This document shows, piece after piece, positions 40,394 through 49,453 of a stretch of 64,000 nt of DNA. The stretch's first letter is position 1, and each line of letters opens with the position of its first letter. The notes under the pieces are model-generated. The model saw only the letters and a list, made by a program, of their open reading frames with translations, was not told the origin of the DNA and ran no database searches. The DNA is from a virus. Position numbers and translations under genes: made by a program. The DNA is taken from IMG/VR virus record IMGVR_UViG_3300044825_001015, positions 32,001 to 96,000 of that record, one strand, 5' to 3'.

Positions 40394-40401
40394 GAGGAAT
40401 A

Positions 40402-40701
40402 ATGCCTCGTAAGAAAAAAGAATATGAATATGTTCCATATAGCATGAATCCAGATATTCATGTTTACTATGAACTACAATTCCTTAAAGATGTAATTAAG
40501 CCAGGTGACAGAATAACCTTTAAGGGAGTTCGCGGTGAGTTTACATTCGTACATATGGCACATAACTCTCAACTAGATGTAACGTGGATTGACTGTAGGA
40601 ATCCAGTAACTGGTGAATATAGGTCATTCTATGTAGATAGGCTAAAGGGATTAGTAAGAGCAAAGAAGAGCAGAAGGAAGAAGCAACTTGTCAGAGATTG
40701 A
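40402..40701 (+). CDS. Hypothetical protein
   Basis: SD AGGAGG precedes ATG 40402. Confidence 0.6.
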   Translation: MPRKKKEYEYVPYSMNPDIHVYYELQFLKDVIKPGDRITFKGVRGEFTFVHMAHNSQLDVTWIDCRNPVTGEYRSFYVDRLKGLVRAKKSRRKKQLVRD

Positions 40702-41203
40702 GTTAACTAGTTCGTTTGATCAAATGAACTTAGTTGTAGAAGAATTACTAAAAGGTAAAAATCCAACAGACATTGCTAAGTTCCTTGGAATTAAAAGATC
40801 TCAGGTTCTAGAACATATTGATACCTGGCGTGAATTAGTATCTGGAGATAGCAGAATCAGAGAAAGGGCCAAGGAAGCCTTGGCTGGTGCAGACCAGCAT
40901 TATTCAATGATTATTCAGCGTGCATGGGAAACAGTAGATCAAGCAGATGCAAATCAGCAGTATAATACTAAAGCCTCCGCATTGAAGATGATTGCAGATG
41001 TTGAGCAAAAGAGAATTGACATGCTTCAAAAGGCTGGCCTTTTAGAAAATAATGAAATGTCTGCCCAACTTTTAGAAACTGAGCGTAAGCAAGAAATTCT
41101 TATGAATATTTTAAAGGAAGTAACATCTGACTGTAATCATTGTAAAGTAGAAGTTGCTAGAAGATTATCAGAAGTTACTGGCAAGGTAGAGCCAATTGAT
41201 TGA
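40688..41203 (+). CDS. HTH protein, probable terminase small subunit
   Basis: N-terminal HTH and coiled coil, directly upstream of TerL. Confidence 0.6.
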   Translation: MSEIELTSSFDQMNLVVEELLKGKNPTDIAKFLGIKRSQVLEHIDTWRELVSGDSRIRERAKEALAGADQHYSMIIQRAWETVDQADANQQYNTKASALKMIADVEQKRIDMLQKAGLLENNEMSAQLLETERKQEILMNILKEVTSDCNHCKVEVARRLSEVTGKVEPID

Positions 41204-42986
41204 TTTTAGTGACTTTATAGATGCACTTGACGGTGACCAATTTGAAGAGGTCCCAGCAGATATAGAGGAATTTGTCACTAATAATGACTACTTAGATTTA
41301 CCCCCTCTTTCTGAATATCAATATCAATCTATTAGGGCAATGACCCAAATTTATAAAAAGGATACTCTAGTAAAATGGCTAGGCGAGGAAGAGGGAATTA
41401 AGAGATGGAATCAGACATGCAAGGAAGTTATTCTTCAGATAGGGAAGGGCGGGGGGAAGGACTTTATCTCTACTATCGGGTGTGCCTATGTTGTCCACCT
41501 ATTGTTGTGCCTAAAGGACCCTGCTAAGTATTATGGAAAGCCGCCAGGAGATTCAATTGACATTATTAACATTGCTATCAACGCTGTTCAAGCAAATAGG
41601 GTATTCTTTAAAGGATTCAAGCGCATCATTGAAAAGTCGGCTTGGTTCCAGGGAAGGTACATCCCAAAGGCTAACAGTATTGAATTTGATAAAGAAATAA
41701 CAGTACACTCAGGACATTCAGAGGCAGAGTCCTGGGAGGGGTACAATGTTATGTTGGCTATCCTTGACGAAATCTCAGGCTTTGAATTAGAAAATACTAC
41801 AGGTCGTCAGAGTCCAAAAACTTCTGCTGCAATATATAAAATGTATAGAGCGTCTGTTAACTCTCGCTTCCCAGATTTTGGTAAGGTCATTATGCTCTCC
41901 TTCCCCAGATTTAAGAATGACTTTATCCAGCAAAAATATAATGATGCTGTGGCAGAAAAAGAGACTATAATAAAATCACACAGTTTTAAAATAGATCCAG
42001 ACCTTCCTGATGGTCACGATGGAAATGAATTCACCATTGAGTGGGAGGAGGATCATATAGTATCCTACGCCCTACCCTACATCTTTGCGCTTAAAAGGCC
42101 CACATGGGAATTTAATCCGACTAGGAAAATACAAGACTTTACAATTGCATTCTATGACGATCCATTAGACTCTCTAATGAGATTTGCCTGTATGCCTCCA
42201 GAGGCCACAGACGCATTCTTTAAGTCACGCGAAAAAATTGAAAAAGCATTTAGTAATCCTAAATTTGCTGTAGATTTTAGCGGAAGATTTGCAGAATGGT
42301 TTAAGCCAGAAGAAGGCCGTCAGTATTTCTTACACGTTGACTTAGCCCAAAAGCATGACAATTGTGCTGTTGCAATGGCACACATTGAGGGATGGGTACA
42401 GATGAAGATCGCTGGCACGATGACAGAGGCGGCTCCTAGAGTTGTAGTAGACGCCGTAAGATATTGGCAACCAACATCTACCACTAGCGTAGATTTATCA
42501 GAAGTAAAAGATTACATTATTGAATTGCGTGAGCGCGGGTTTAATTTGGGAGTGGTCACGTTTGACCGCTGGAATTCTCATGATATGATGCAACAATTGA
42601 AGCATTATGGAATTAATACAGAGTTATTGTCTGTCGCAAAAAAGCACTATGAGGACATGGCCCTTTTAGTAACTGAAGAAAGAGTATACGGGCCAGAGAT
42701 AAAACTTCTTATTGATGAATTATTACAGTTGAGAATTATCCGTGATAAGGTAGACCACCCAAGAAAGGGAAGTAAGGACTTAGCAGACGCAGTTTGTGGC
42801 TCCATATATAATGCTATATCAAGATCCAGAAGAGACAATATGCAGGAAATAGAAATTTATTCCTACGATATGATTGCACAAGATAGCGAGGAAGAGATAA
42901 AATTAAGGATGGGACGACAAAGAAATAAAGATTTAATCATCCCTCCTGCTCTACAAAATGCTATTGACAGCATGGAAATAATTTAA
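41196..42986 (+). CDS. Terminase large subunit
   Basis: GKGGGKD Walker A, ILDE Walker B, HVDLA nuclease motif and 'DHP..GSKDLADAV'. Confidence 0.92.
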   Translation: MIDFSDFIDALDGDQFEEVPADIEEFVTNNDYLDLPPLSEYQYQSIRAMTQIYKKDTLVKWLGEEEGIKRWNQTCKEVILQIGKGGGKDFISTIGCAYVVHLLLCLKDPAKYYGKPPGDSIDIINIAINAVQANRVFFKGFKRIIEKSAWFQGRYIPKANSIEFDKEITVHSGHSEAESWEGYNVMLAILDEISGFELENTTGRQSPKTSAAIYKMYRASVNSRFPDFGKVIMLSFPRFKNDFIQQKYNDAVAEKETIIKSHSFKIDPDLPDGHDGNEFTIEWEEDHIVSYALPYIFALKRPTWEFNPTRKIQDFTIAFYDDPLDSLMRFACMPPEATDAFFKSREKIEKAFSNPKFAVDFSGRFAEWFKPEEGRQYFLHVDLAQKHDNCAVAMAHIEGWVQMKIAGTMTEAAPRVVVDAVRYWQPTSTTSVDLSEVKDYIIELRERGFNLGVVTFDRWNSHDMMQQLKHYGINTELLSVAKKHYEDMALLVTEERVYGPEIKLLIDELLQLRIIRDKVDHPRKGSKDLADAVCGSIYNAISRSRRDNMQEIEIYSYDMIAQDSEEEIKLRMGRQRNKDLIIPPALQNAIDSMEII

Positions 42987-43002
42987 TATAGTAATACTAT
43001 AC

Positions 43003-43076
43003 GGGGCGGTGGCGCAGTCGGTGAGCGCAGTACTCTTATAAGGTAAAGGTCGTGGGTTCAAGTCCCACCCGCCCTA
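43003..43076 (+). tRNA. tRNA-Ile (anticodon UAU)
   Basis: Cloverleaf with acceptor GGGGCGG/CCGCCCT, anticodon loop CTTATAA and T-loop TTCAAGT. Confidence 0.85.
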
Positions 43077-43077
43077 C

Positions 43078-43208
43078 GGTTACAGATGGCAATATCTTAG
43101 GATGGTGTAGTTACATACAAATATCCCGTTATAGCGAGTCTGCCGTTGAGTGCGTTGAATTCGTTTCTAGCGTCTTTCGTGCAAAAGGATTCGTAGCCAT
43201 CTGTAATC
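43078..43208 (+). ncRNA. Candidate structured ncRNA filling the tRNA-Ile/tRNA-Pro spacer
   Basis: 13-bp terminal helix GGTTACAGATGGC/GCCATCTGTAATC plus internal hairpins; no credible ORF. Confidence 0.6.
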
Positions 43209-43211
43209 CTA

Positions 43212-43285
43212 CGGGATGTGGCGCAGTTTGGTAGCGCACCTGTTTTGGGAACAGGGGGCCGAAGGTTCAAATCCTTTCATCCCGA
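43212..43285 (+). tRNA. tRNA-Pro (UGG)
   Basis: Acceptor CGGGATG/CATCCCG, loop TTTGGGA. Confidence 0.92.
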
Positions 43286-43286
43286 C

Positions 43287-43574
43287 ATGGAAATTTTATT
43301 TGTAATTACAGCAGGCACCTTGCTTGCAGAAGGATTTGCTTTTGTGCTTTTAATGAAGCATATAAAGCAAATTCGTTCTGAGTTTAATATGTATCAGAAG
43401 AACCAAAACGATGCAGATATAATTTCCGAAACTATAGATATGTACCAGGAAAAAATTATAGAACTTGAAGAAAAAAATAATAAGTTATCAATAGAAAATA
43501 AACTTCTTCAAGAAAAACTATCTAAAATAAATAAGCAAATGAAGCAGATCAGCGATCATTTTAAAACAAACTGA
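43287..43574 (+). CDS. Membrane-anchored coiled-coil protein
   Basis: N-terminal TM helix MEILFVITAG..; starts 1 nt after tRNA-Pro. Confidence 0.6.
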   Translation: MEILFVITAGTLLAEGFAFVLLMKHIKQIRSEFNMYQKNQNDADIISETIDMYQEKIIELEEKNNKLSIENKLLQEKLSKINKQMKQISDHFKTN

Positions 43575-43586
43575 TATAATTAATGT

Positions 43587-43823
43587 ATGGGAGACTCAAT
43601 GGAAACTGAAGTTCAGGGAAAGGAAAGAGTTCTTACCAGAAGCGACAGGTGCGATGCTCCAAAGTGTCCAGCCCAAGCGTGGGTTATTGCTAAGTTTGTA
43701 ACTGGAGAATTGTATTTCTGTGGGCACCACTTTGACAAGTATGAAGTCAGTATCATTCGTGATGCATATGACATTGTAGATGAAAGAGAATTTATCAATG
43801 CTAAATCAGAATCTTCTGCTTAG
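43587..43823 (+). CDS. Conserved actinobacterial-type Zn-binding small protein
   Basis: 'DRCD..C.AQA...L.FCGHH' motif; leaderless geometry from TGATATAAT at 43572. Confidence 0.65.
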   Translation: MGDSMETEVQGKERVLTRSDRCDAPKCPAQAWVIAKFVTGELYFCGHHFDKYEVSIIRDAYDIVDEREFINAKSESSA

Positions 43824-44307
43824 TAAGAAAGATAAAATAAAACTTGTTAGAGAGCGTGACGGATTTACATGCGCTATCTGCCTAAAAGATTTTAAAGCAA
43901 ATTCTGATGTAACGTTAGATCATTGGATTCCCAAATCAGCGGGTGGATCTGAGGATATATCTAATCTAAGACTTGCACATAAAAAATGTAATGCATGGAA
44001 AAGCGATAGGATACCTAATGAAGATGGAACAATTCCTCCACGCCCTCCAAGATCTAATTTTCAGGATAGAAAGCGGAGAAAGCAGGAGATACTAGAAAAC
44101 CTTTGCACAGATTGTTATGACGGAAGGCTTTTGCTGCAGGGGGAGACATGCCCATATTGTGGATCTCCAGCGGGTCCAGAAGACTGGCCCCATTGGGCAA
44201 GGCGTCCAGCAAACAAGTGTGATCATACTCCGCCAGAATGGTGTTGGGCATGTTCTATAGGAATAGTTGACCGAAAGCCAGTATTTTTGGTACTATTAGA
44301 GGGATAG
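43798..44307 (+). CDS. HNH endonuclease with C-terminal Cys-rich domain
   Basis: RDGFTCAIC, DHWIPKS.GG and NL...H..CN motifs. Confidence 0.85.
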   Translation: MLNQNLLLSKKDKIKLVRERDGFTCAICLKDFKANSDVTLDHWIPKSAGGSEDISNLRLAHKKCNAWKSDRIPNEDGTIPPRPPRSNFQDRKRRKQEILENLCTDCYDGRLLLQGETCPYCGSPAGPEDWPHWARRPANKCDHTPPEWCWACSIGIVDRKPVFLVLLEG

Positions 44308-44311
44308 GTAA

Positions 44312-44382
44312 TCCCCATTGGTGTAATGGCAGCACAAATGACTTTGGATCATTTAGTCGTAGTTCGAATCTATGATGGGGAG
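44312..44382 (+). tRNA. tRNA-Gln (UUG)
   Basis: Acceptor TCCCCAT/ATGGGGA, loop CTTTGGA. Confidence 0.92.
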
Positions 44383-44394
44383 CGGGAGGTAAAA

Positions 44395-44643
44395 ATGCCT
44401 TGGAAGATAGTAAGAAACTTTGGTGATTGCAATGGATATGCAGTAGTCAAAGAGGGGACTAGTGAGATTGAAGGTTGTCATTCTACTAGGTCCGCAGCAG
44501 AAGCACAGCAACGTGCGCTATATGCATCTGAAAATAAGTCAATTCATAATGATGATGAAGAGGATGATGAGCGCAGAGGTAAGCGCAGAAATGAATCCCA
44601 CAAATTCTGGGATGGCGCATTTATTGAAAAGGGTTATAATTGA
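44395..44643 (+). CDS. Small phage protein with C-terminal KFWDGAF tag
   Basis: SD GGAGGT; 'MPW...C.GYAVVK...GCH...A..Q.ALYA.E'. Confidence 0.7.
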   Translation: MPWKIVRNFGDCNGYAVVKEGTSEIEGCHSTRSAAEAQQRALYASENKSIHNDDEEDDERRGKRRNESHKFWDGAFIEKGYN

Positions 44644-44780
44644 CACGCGATAAAGTAATTGAGAAACTTAAGAATAAGAGAATGGAGAATAACGCTATCT
44701 CTAGCGAAATCTCCTCATACATTGCAGGATGGAATGGTGCAATCGACTATGCCATTCAGCAACTAAAGAAGAAAGATTAA
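44640..44780 (+). CDS. Hypothetical protein (46 aa, not in ORF track)
   Basis: TTG start overlapping the upstream stop; MTRDKVIEKL... Confidence 0.5.
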   Translation: MTRDKVIEKLKNKRMENNAISSEISSYIAGWNGAIDYAIQQLKKKD

Positions 44781-44782
44781 TT

Positions 44783-45196
44783 ATGAAGAAGATTATTATT
44801 GCTACTGCAATTTCTGCTGTAGCGCTAGTTGGATGTACTTCACAGTCAGCACAACCAGCACCTACTGTAACTATTACAAAGGCTGCACCAGCACCATCAC
44901 TAGATGATCCAGAGGTAATCCCACAACCAGCCATGGGTAATGAGGAACTGTACCTTATTGGTCTTAAGTCGATGGATAATCCGCTTATCAATATTGCTAC
45001 AGACGAGCAACTTCTTGATATGGGCTACTCCGTATGCGAGGCTCTTGAATCTGGGTTCACAGTAGAGGATATTATTCAGTATATGGCTACAGAGATGGCA
45101 AGAGAGGGTCTTACTTCTGATTACCAGTCAGAGGCAGTAGGATATATTATTGGGGCTGCAGATACCGCTCTGTGCCCAGGATCTAGTACATTCTAG
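44783..45196 (+). CDS. Lipoprotein (DUF732-like)
   Basis: Signal MKKIIIATAISAVALVG-C lipobox; 'GYSVCEAL' and C-terminal 'ALCP'. Confidence 0.75.
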   Translation: MKKIIIATAISAVALVGCTSQSAQPAPTVTITKAAPAPSLDDPEVIPQPAMGNEELYLIGLKSMDNPLINIATDEQLLDMGYSVCEALESGFTVEDIIQYMATEMAREGLTSDYQSEAVGYIIGAADTALCPGSSTF

Positions 45197-45204
45197 ATCC
45201 AAAC

Positions 45205-45275
45205 GCGGCTGTGGTGTAGAGGTAACACATCTGCCTTCCAAGCAGTTATCGCCAGTTCGATTCTGGTCAGCCGCT
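45205..45275 (+). tRNA. tRNA-Gly (UCC)
   Basis: Acceptor GCGGCTG/CAGCCGC, loop CTTCCAA. Confidence 0.92.
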
Positions 45276-45277
45276 CT

Positions 45278-45949
45278 ATGAGTGATTTAAAGTATTCTGT
45301 TGTTGAATATGATACATACTTAACATATGCTATATGGACGCCAGAAAGAGAAGATTCTGATTTTATAATAGGATATGGAACAGAAGTATCAGTAATTTAT
45401 CCAATAGTAGAATATATTTATCCTAACGATTATCCAAATAATTCTGGGTGGAATAGATTATTAAAATCCAAAATTTTTAAAAACCAAAGAGGAGAGTATT
45501 CTGGTCAAGGATGTGATGAATCAGGAACAATGCCATTATTTAATTTACATTATTCTTTACCAGTAATATTTAGAGCGTTTTCACACAAAGACTACAAGGC
45601 GCTATTTACAATTCTCATGGCACTAGCATTAGTAGATAGTAAAAATAGATTTGGGACAGAGGGAGTGTCGTCTTTTGAACTATCACCAGAGATGCTTAAT
45701 TTCTTAGAAAGAACTGATAAATTCTGGGGTAGCAGAAGCGCAGAAATACACATGAAGGCCGAACTTCTTGAAGAATATGATTCTGACAATTGGGAAGTAA
45801 AACTTCCTAAAAACAAAATATTAGACATTGAAAAAAATGTAGTATTGCAATCTAAGGCAGAATTCAAGCGCAGAATATTTTACAAAAAATATAGCAATAG
45901 AGTAAACTTAAGTAATTGTGAGCAGTTAGAAATAGACTGGCCCCAGTAA
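45278..45949 (+). CDS. Hypothetical protein bracketed by tRNA-Gly and tRNA-Arg
   Basis: Starts 2 nt after tRNA-Gly; stop codon lies inside tRNA-Arg. Confidence 0.65.
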   Translation: MSDLKYSVVEYDTYLTYAIWTPEREDSDFIIGYGTEVSVIYPIVEYIYPNDYPNNSGWNRLLKSKIFKNQRGEYSGQGCDESGTMPLFNLHYSLPVIFRAFSHKDYKALFTILMALALVDSKNRFGTEGVSSFELSPEMLNFLERTDKFWGSRSAEIHMKAELLEEYDSDNWEVKLPKNKILDIEKNVVLQSKAEFKRRIFYKKYSNRVNLSNCEQLEIDWPQ

Positions 45950-46012
45950 CTCAGAGGATAGAGTGTCGGACTTCTAATCCGTTGGTCGCAGGTTCGAATC
46001 CTGCCTGGGGCG
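45940..46012 (+). tRNA. tRNA-Arg (UCU)
   Basis: Acceptor GCCCCAG/CTGGGGC, loop CTTCTAA. Confidence 0.92.
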
Positions 46013-46013
46013 C

Positions 46014-46526
46014 GTGGAAAAAATATATCATAAATTTCATATATCTGACTATCTTAATATAAAAAGTGATTTGATAGAAAAGATACACCTCTCTGAGTCA
46101 AAAAAGGACTTTGAGAATATATCAAGGACAGACTGGGATATTAAAAACGATGACCTTGATAGAGACTGGGCTAAGTGCTTTTTAGATAATTTTTATAAAA
46201 AAATAAAGTACACATATAACCAAATTGGATTTAAAAAAATAGAAATACAAAATATCTGGTTCCAAGAGTACGATTACCAGTCGAGTTTTGAGTGGCATAA
46301 CCATCCAGGAGCAGACTTTGCAAGCGTATTCTTTTTGAATTTTTCAAAAAATAATCCTGGAACAGAATTCATGGTAAATGATAAAATATTAAGAGCAGAA
46401 GTAGAGGAAGGAGATATAATTATATTTCCAGCAACTATAATGCATAGATCTCCACCAAATTTATCTGATGATAAAAGAATTATTATAGCCTTTAATGTAA
46501 AAGTAAATGAAAAAAATATGTCATAA
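46014..46526 (+). CDS. 2OG-Fe(II) oxygenase-like protein (TIGR02466-like)
   Basis: 'WHNHP', 'EEGD..IFP...H' and 'R..IAFN' motifs. Confidence 0.75.
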   Translation: MEKIYHKFHISDYLNIKSDLIEKIHLSESKKDFENISRTDWDIKNDDLDRDWAKCFLDNFYKKIKYTYNQIGFKKIEIQNIWFQEYDYQSSFEWHNHPGADFASVFFLNFSKNNPGTEFMVNDKILRAEVEEGDIIIFPATIMHRSPPNLSDDKRIIIAFNVKVNEKNMS

Positions 46527-46623
46527 TTGTAAAAATGAAAAGGATCTAATAGAATTCCTTTTAAAGTCAGGGCAACGAGTTGGCGCTAGAGGAATTTGTT
46601 TAGATTGCTTCAATGCCAGATAG
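46507..46623 (+). CDS. Small CxxC-CxxC protein (38 aa, not in ORF track)
   Basis: MKKICHNC...ICLDCFNAR; stop codon lies inside tRNA-Tyr. Confidence 0.5.
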   Translation: MKKICHNCKNEKDLIEFLLKSGQRVGARGICLDCFNAR

Positions 46624-46694
46624 TCCCCAAGGTGGGGAAGCGGTCTGTAAAACCGTCGCCATCGGCATGGTTGGTTCGATTCCAACATCTGGCA
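46615..46694 (+). tRNA. tRNA-Tyr (GUA), atypical D-arm
   Basis: Acceptor GCCAGAT/ATCTGGC, loop CTGTAAA, long variable arm. Confidence 0.8.
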
Positions 46695-46698
46695 CTTG

Positions 46699-46770
46699 TG
46701 GCGTGTGGCGCAATGGCAGCGCAATCGGCTGTTAACCGATGGGTTGTAGGTTCGAATCCTACCACGCCAG
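46699..46770 (+). tRNA. tRNA-Asn (GUU)
   Basis: Acceptor TGGCGTG/CACGCCA, loop CTGTTAA. Confidence 0.92.
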
Positions 46771-46771
46771 C

Positions 46772-47758
46772 GTGAAGAGTATATTTGTTTCTGTAGTTTC
46801 TTTTAATGAACCTTTTTTAAAAGAGACTATTTTAAGTGCAATAAAAAAATCTAGTAAGCCAGAAAGAATATACTTTGGTGTTGTAGAACAACGTACTGAC
46901 TCAAACTTTGCAGACCTAAAAGAAATAAAAAATGTAAAGCATATTTCTATGCAAGTAGGAGGCCCACTTGGAGTAGGCATTCCAAGAAAACTAAGCATGG
47001 AACTTCTAGATAATCAAGATTACTGTCTAATCATAGATTCTCATATGATTTTTAATGACAACTGGGACGAAAATATAATCAGAAGAATAAAGCACATAAG
47101 TAAAATTTATTCTGAAAAAGTTATTATATCTCAGCATTTACCAGTATTAGATGTAGATGATAATAATTTAGTTTTATATCCAGAAAAGAAAAAAGACACA
47201 CCATGTTATTTAAAATTTGATGGAATATTTATTGATGACATTCCAATACCAAATGGTCATGAATTTTATCAGCAGTACGCACTCACATGCCACTATTTGT
47301 TTTCACTTTCAAAATCCTTCAAGGAAGTAGTGTTTGATCCACGAATATTTTATTTCGCAGAAGAGTCATCCTTAGCGATGAGATTTATAACTAGAGGATA
47401 TAAAATATTTTCTACGAGATATTTCCCTATGTTTCATCTACAAAAAACAAATGGTAAAAAAATTAAAAGTTGGCAGACATTAAATGGAACATCAAGGCTT
47501 CAAGACGATATTGAAATAGTTTATAGTATATTTTCGGGCAAGGAAATAGGTGTATGGGGGGCACCGTCAAAATGTAGGTTAGATGATTTTTTGGCGGAAT
47601 CTAGGCTAGACATATCATATTATATGTCTGGGGTAGACCATGATTTAGATATAAATAAGCAAATAAGAAGTAAGATAGTAGACATGTTTGATAATGGTAA
47701 TGATTTTTATGAAAACCTATATCAAAATTTTATTCCAGCAATAAGGAGTCCTAAATGA
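46772..47758 (+). CDS. GlcNAc-transferase-like glycosyltransferase (GT60-like)
   Basis: 'IFVSV.S..EP.L..T', 'IYFGV.EQ', IDSHM.F..NWD, 'F.AEE' motifs; GTG start 1 nt after tRNA-Asn. Confidence 0.75.
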   Translation: MKSIFVSVVSFNEPFLKETILSAIKKSSKPERIYFGVVEQRTDSNFADLKEIKNVKHISMQVGGPLGVGIPRKLSMELLDNQDYCLIIDSHMIFNDNWDENIIRRIKHISKIYSEKVIISQHLPVLDVDDNNLVLYPEKKKDTPCYLKFDGIFIDDIPIPNGHEFYQQYALTCHYLFSLSKSFKEVVFDPRIFYFAEESSLAMRFITRGYKIFSTRYFPMFHLQKTNGKKIKSWQTLNGTSRLQDDIEIVYSIFSGKEIGVWGAPSKCRLDDFLAESRLDISYYMSGVDHDLDINKQIRSKIVDMFDNGNDFYENLYQNFIPAIRSPK

Positions 47759-49434
47759 AGGTTTTAGGGTTGTCTCCGTTTCATGATGCTGGCGCAGTCC
47801 TAGTAGAAGACGGGTTTGTAAAAAAATATTTTAAAGAAGAAAGACTTAATAGAATAAAAAGAAGTTCCTGTCCAGAATTATCTATAGAGAAATGTTTAGA
47901 GGGCGTAGAAGAAGTTGAATTATTTTCATACTCTGCAGCGACACACAGATTATCATTCGCAAAAAGAGATGAAGATTTATCTTATAAGTTTCTACATTGG
48001 CAAGATGCCGTTAAAAAGCATTCAAAATTAATAGATTCAATAGATTTATCTAGAATGCATCATCTCCAGCACGCATCCACTTCATTTTATAATAGCGGGT
48101 TTAGTGATGCTGCTGTCATAGTTGTCGATGGTAGAGGCTCTAACTTTGGAACTATAGTAGAAACAGAAACAATATTTTATGCAGAGTATCCAGATATTTT
48201 TACTCCTGTATATAAAGCATATGAAAAAACATTTAGATTTAATAAAGAAGATGTAGATCGGGAAAGAAAAAGGCTTCCAGATTGTGAAATAAAAGTATCT
48301 TCTAATTTAGGAATAACTCACCTATACTGCACGGCAACACATTTGATTAATGAATCATTCTTAGAAAATGGAAAGACTATGGGCCTTTCCGCGTATGGAG
48401 ATGCTAGCATTAATTACGAGCCGCTACTCTTGGAGGGAGAAGCCCTAGTAGATCCAGGCAAATTTATTATTTTTGAAACTCCAGAATTAGCAGAATCACC
48501 GCTTGAAGTTATTTATCATAAAGACTATGTAGGTAAACAAAATATTGTAACTAAAGAAAACTATCATATTTATGCTAATTATGCTTTACATGTTCAAAAA
48601 GAAACAGAACGTGCATTAGAAATATTAGTAAATAAGGCAATAGAAAAAACTGGTAGTAAAAACATATGTTTGGCAGGAGGCTATGGACTTAATATAGTTA
48701 ATAATTTAAAGTTGCTTCAAAAGTTTCCTGGGGTAAAGTTTTATTTCGATCCAATGTCTGATGACGGAGGTACTTCAATCGGTGGAGCAATGATTGCTTA
48801 TAGATCTGTAACTAAGGATCGTGAACCGAAACCTATTAAAAATAATTTTATACATGGGATAGATCATGATATAAGTAATATAAAGGGTACCAGCGTTTCA
48901 GAAAAAGATATTGCTAAAATAATTTATTCTGGAAATATAGTAGCAATGTATTACGGTCTAGCGGAGGCTGGACCAAGGGCACTAGGAAATAGATCCATCT
49001 TGTTTGATCCTAGAATAAAAAATGGAAAAGATATAATTAATGTAGTAAAAAAAAGAGAGTGGTATAGGCCATTTGCTGCCTCTATGCTAGAGGAAGATGC
49101 CACTAGGTACTTTGACTACATTGATAATATTGGTTATGAATACATGCTAGTTAATGCAATAGCAAAGCCAGATACTAAAGACATAATCCCCTCCGTTATT
49201 CATGAAGATGGATCATGTAGAATACATATAGTAAAAGATACTAGCCACCCACTATTTAAATTACTTACAAGTTTTAAAGAAATAACTGGCATCGGAGTTC
49301 TTCTTAATACAAGTTTCAACCTTGCTGGAGAGCCACTTATTGAAACTCCACAGGAAGCAATCGGCACCTGGAAGATTTCAGATATAGATTGTTTATGGTT
49401 TCCAAAGATACAAACTGCTCTAATAAAAACATGA
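47755..49434 (+). CDS. Carbamoyltransferase (NodU/CmcH family)
   Basis: HD, EER..R.K, HH..HA, DG.G, GK.MGL..YG, GPRALGNRS, RPFA and LNTSFN motifs. Confidence 0.92.
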   Translation: MKVLGLSPFHDAGAVLVEDGFVKKYFKEERLNRIKRSSCPELSIEKCLEGVEEVELFSYSAATHRLSFAKRDEDLSYKFLHWQDAVKKHSKLIDSIDLSRMHHLQHASTSFYNSGFSDAAVIVVDGRGSNFGTIVETETIFYAEYPDIFTPVYKAYEKTFRFNKEDVDRERKRLPDCEIKVSSNLGITHLYCTATHLINESFLENGKTMGLSAYGDASINYEPLLLEGEALVDPGKFIIFETPELAESPLEVIYHKDYVGKQNIVTKENYHIYANYALHVQKETERALEILVNKAIEKTGSKNICLAGGYGLNIVNNLKLLQKFPGVKFYFDPMSDDGGTSIGGAMIAYRSVTKDREPKPIKNNFIHGIDHDISNIKGTSVSEKDIAKIIYSGNIVAMYYGLAEAGPRALGNRSILFDPRIKNGKDIINVVKKREWYRPFAASMLEEDATRYFDYIDNIGYEYMLVNAIAKPDTKDIIPSVIHEDGSCRIHIVKDTSHPLFKLLTSFKEITGIGVLLNTSFNLAGEPLIETPQEAIGTWKISDIDCLWFPKIQTALIKT

Positions 49435-49453
49435 TTGCTGGTATAATTGTAAT

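Noticed and set aside
29816-42986. Inteins or introns in dnaE, recA or terL
   Set aside because: Normal lengths, continuous motifs, no C...HN/C splice signatures.
43078-43208. tRNA-associated theta (HDV-like) ribozyme
   Set aside because: The 5' end pairs with the far 3' end over 13 bp, which does not fit the nested double pseudoknot; no catalytic J4/2 motif recognised.
43052-43286. ORF-track ORF 43052..43234 and the N-terminal extension of 43218..43574
   Set aside because: These run through tRNA-Ile, the candidate ncRNA and tRNA-Pro. The extensions of the 44326 and 46739 ORFs into tRNAs are the same artefact.
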